Assembly (NCBI GenBank): GCA_030390025.1 | Contig: CM059431.1 | Location: 159,714,001-159,778,000, forward strand | Reading direction: 5' to 3' | Length of the DNA: 64,000 bases | Source: Squalus acanthias | Taxonomy: Eukaryota | Part shown: one piece after another, positions 61,608-64,000 of the stretch | How positions within the stretch are numbered: position 1 is the first letter of the stretch | How the letters are laid out: each line of letters starts with the position of its first letter | The notes under the pieces: model-generated | Databases searched by the model: none | What the model was told of the DNA's origin: nothing | The model's input: only the letters and a program-made list of their open reading frames with translations | Position numbers and translations under genes: made by a program

Positions 61608-64000
61608 ATAGTCACAGAGTCAAAGAGTCATAGAGTTATACAGCACAGAAAGAGTCCCTTCGGCCCATCGTGTCCGCGCTCGCCATCAAGCCCTGTCTAT
61701 TCTAATCCCATTTTCCAGCACTTGGTCCGTAGCCTTGTATGCTATCGCGTTTCAAGTGCTCATCTAAATGCTTCTTGAATGTTGTGAGGATTCCTGCCTC
61801 TACCACCCTTTCAGGCAGTGAGTTCCAGATTCCAACCACCCTCTTGGTGAAAACGTTTTTCCTCAAATCCCCTCTAAACCGCCTGCCCCTTACCTTGAAA
61901 TTATGCCCCCTGGTTATTGACCCCTCTACTAAGGGGAAAAGTTCCTTTCTATCTACCCTATCTATGCCCCTCATAATTTTGTACACCTCAATCAGGTCCC
62001 CCCTCAGCCTTCTCTGCTCTAAGGAAAACAACCCCAGCCTGTCCAGTCTCTCTTCATAGCTGAAGCGCTCCAGACCAGGTAACATCCTGGTGAATCTCCT
62101 CTGCACCCTCTCCAATGCAATCACTTCCTTCCTATATTGTGACGACCAGAACTGCACACAGTATTCCAGCTGTGGCCTAACTAGCGTTTTGTACAGTTCT
62201 TTCATAACCTCCCTGCTCTTATATTCTATGCCTCGGCTAATGAAGGCAAGTATCCCATATGCCTTTTTAACACCTTATCTACCTGTCCTGCTGCCTTCAG
62301 GGATCGATGTACATGCACACCAAGATCCCACTGATCTTCTGCCCTTCCTAGGGTCCTTCCATTCATTGTGTATTCCCTTGCCTTGTTAGTCCTCCCAAAA
62401 TGAATCACCTCACACTTTTCAGGGTTAAATTCCATTTGCCACTGTTCTGCCCATCTGACCAACCCGTCTATATCGTCCTGTAGCCTGAGGCTTCCCTCCT
62501 CGCTATTTCCCACTCCACCAATGTTCGTGTCATCTGCGAACTTACTGATCATACCTCCTACATTCATATCTAAATCATTAATGTACACTACAAACAGCAA
62601 AAGACCTAGCACCGATCCCTGCGGTACAACACTGGACACAAGCTTCCAGTCACAAAACAACCTTCGACCATCACCCTCTGCCTCCTGCCACTAAACCAAT
62701 TTTGGATCCAACGTGCCAAATTGCCCTGGATCCCATGGCTCTTACCTTCTTGGCCAGTCTCCCATGCGGGACTTTGTAAAAAGCCTTACTGAAGTCCATG
62801 TAGACTACATCAACTGCACTACCCTCACCCACGCACCTAGTCACACCCTCGAAAAATGCAATCATATTCGTTAGACATGATCTCCCCCTGACAAAGCCAT
62901 GCTGACTATCCTTGATTAATCCTTGTCTCTCTAAGTGGAGACTAATTCTGTCCCTCAGATTTTTTTCCAATAATTTCCCTACCACTGATGTTAGGCTCAC
63001 TGGCCTGTAATTCCCTGGTTTAGCCCTACTAACCTTCTTGAATAATGGAACTACGTTAGCTGTCCTTCAGTCCTCTGGTACCTCCCCTGTGGCAAGAGAG
63101 GATCTGAAAATTTGTGTCAGAGCCCCTGCAATCTCCTCCCTTGCCTCACATAGCAGTCTGGGATACATCTCGCCTGGGCCTGGGGATTTATCCACTTTTA
63201 AGCCAGCTAAAACCGCTAGTACCTCCTCCCTCTCAATACTAATTTGTTCAAGTATATCACAATACCCCTGCTTGATTTATATGACTACATCGTCCTTCTC
63301 CATAGTGAACACAGATGCAAAATATTCATTTAAAACTTCACCAACATCTTCCGGCTCTACACACAGATTGCCACTTTGGTCCCTAATGGGCGCTACTCTT
63401 TCCCTGGTTATCATCTTGCCCTCAATATACTTATAAAACAACTTGGGATTTTCCTTTATTTTGCCCACCAGTGTTTTTTCATGCCCCCTCTTCTCTCTCC
63501 TAATTTCTTTTTTAAGTACCCCCCTGCATTTTCCATACTCCTCTCGGGCTTCCACTGTTTTTAGTTTTTTGTATCTGCCAAAAGCCTCCCTTTTTTTCAA
63601 ATCCATTCTTACATATCCCTTGACATCCAGTGTTCCCTGGGCTTGTTGGTCCCACCCTTGACCTTTACGGGAACATGTTGGCGTTGTACTCTCTCTATTT
63701 CCTTTCTGAAACACTCCCACTGCTCTGATGTGGATTTTCCTACAAGTAGCTGATCCCAGTCCACTTTGGCCAGATCCTGCCTTATCATATTAAAATCGTC
63801 CTTCCCCCAATTTAGAAACTTTATTTCCGGTCCATTTTTGTCCTTTTCCATGACTACCTTAAATCTCCTCGAATTATGGTCACTCTCACCAAAATGCTCT
63901 CCCACTGACACATCTAACACTTGCCCGGCTACATTCCCTAGAAGTAGGTCCAGTACCGCCCCCTTTCTTGTAGGACTTTCTACATGCTGGCTCAAAAAGC
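61608..64000 (-). mobile_element. CR1 LINE of a different subfamily; disrupted ORF2 runs off the window
   Basis: (CATAGAGT)-type tail. ORF pieces 61702-63995 contain AVLDLLL, KSPGPG, DFSKAF, PQGSVLG and FADD in shifting frames. Confidence 0.93.

Overview
Eukaryotic, repeat-dominated DNA, most likely from a cartilaginous fish (shark-type CR1 LINE tails, a Deu-domain SINE, Penelope ends, a GPR139-like GPCR). From left to right: (1) 1-7.2 kb holds nested retroelement debris and a complete but frameshifted CsRn1-type Gypsy LTR element with a GTAA target-site duplication (TSD). (2) About 7.2-56.8 kb is a composite, single-polarity satellite of five homologous monomer families (26, 39, 48, 49 and 48 bp). 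Its right half is interrupted by a terminal-inverted-repeat (TIR) element, a SINE, a full-length CR1 and four Penelope-derived inserts. (3) 57.1-59.2 kb is an intact two-exon GPR139-like class A GPCR. Its short exon 1 is missed by the ORF track, its TATA box lies about 175 bp from the satellite end, and a second TIR-element copy sits in its intron. (4) The rest is CR1/L2 fragments. The most notable observations are four minimal hammerhead-ribozyme motifs whose stems covary, five retro-insertions in the same 13-bp phase of the 48-bp monomer, a readable step-wise satellite lineage, and a 740-bp TIR element carrying promoter and splice motifs. I see no prokaryotic-type system. Most ORF-track entries are satellite or antisense artefacts. 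All alignments were done by eye, so the boundaries of degenerate elements are approximate.
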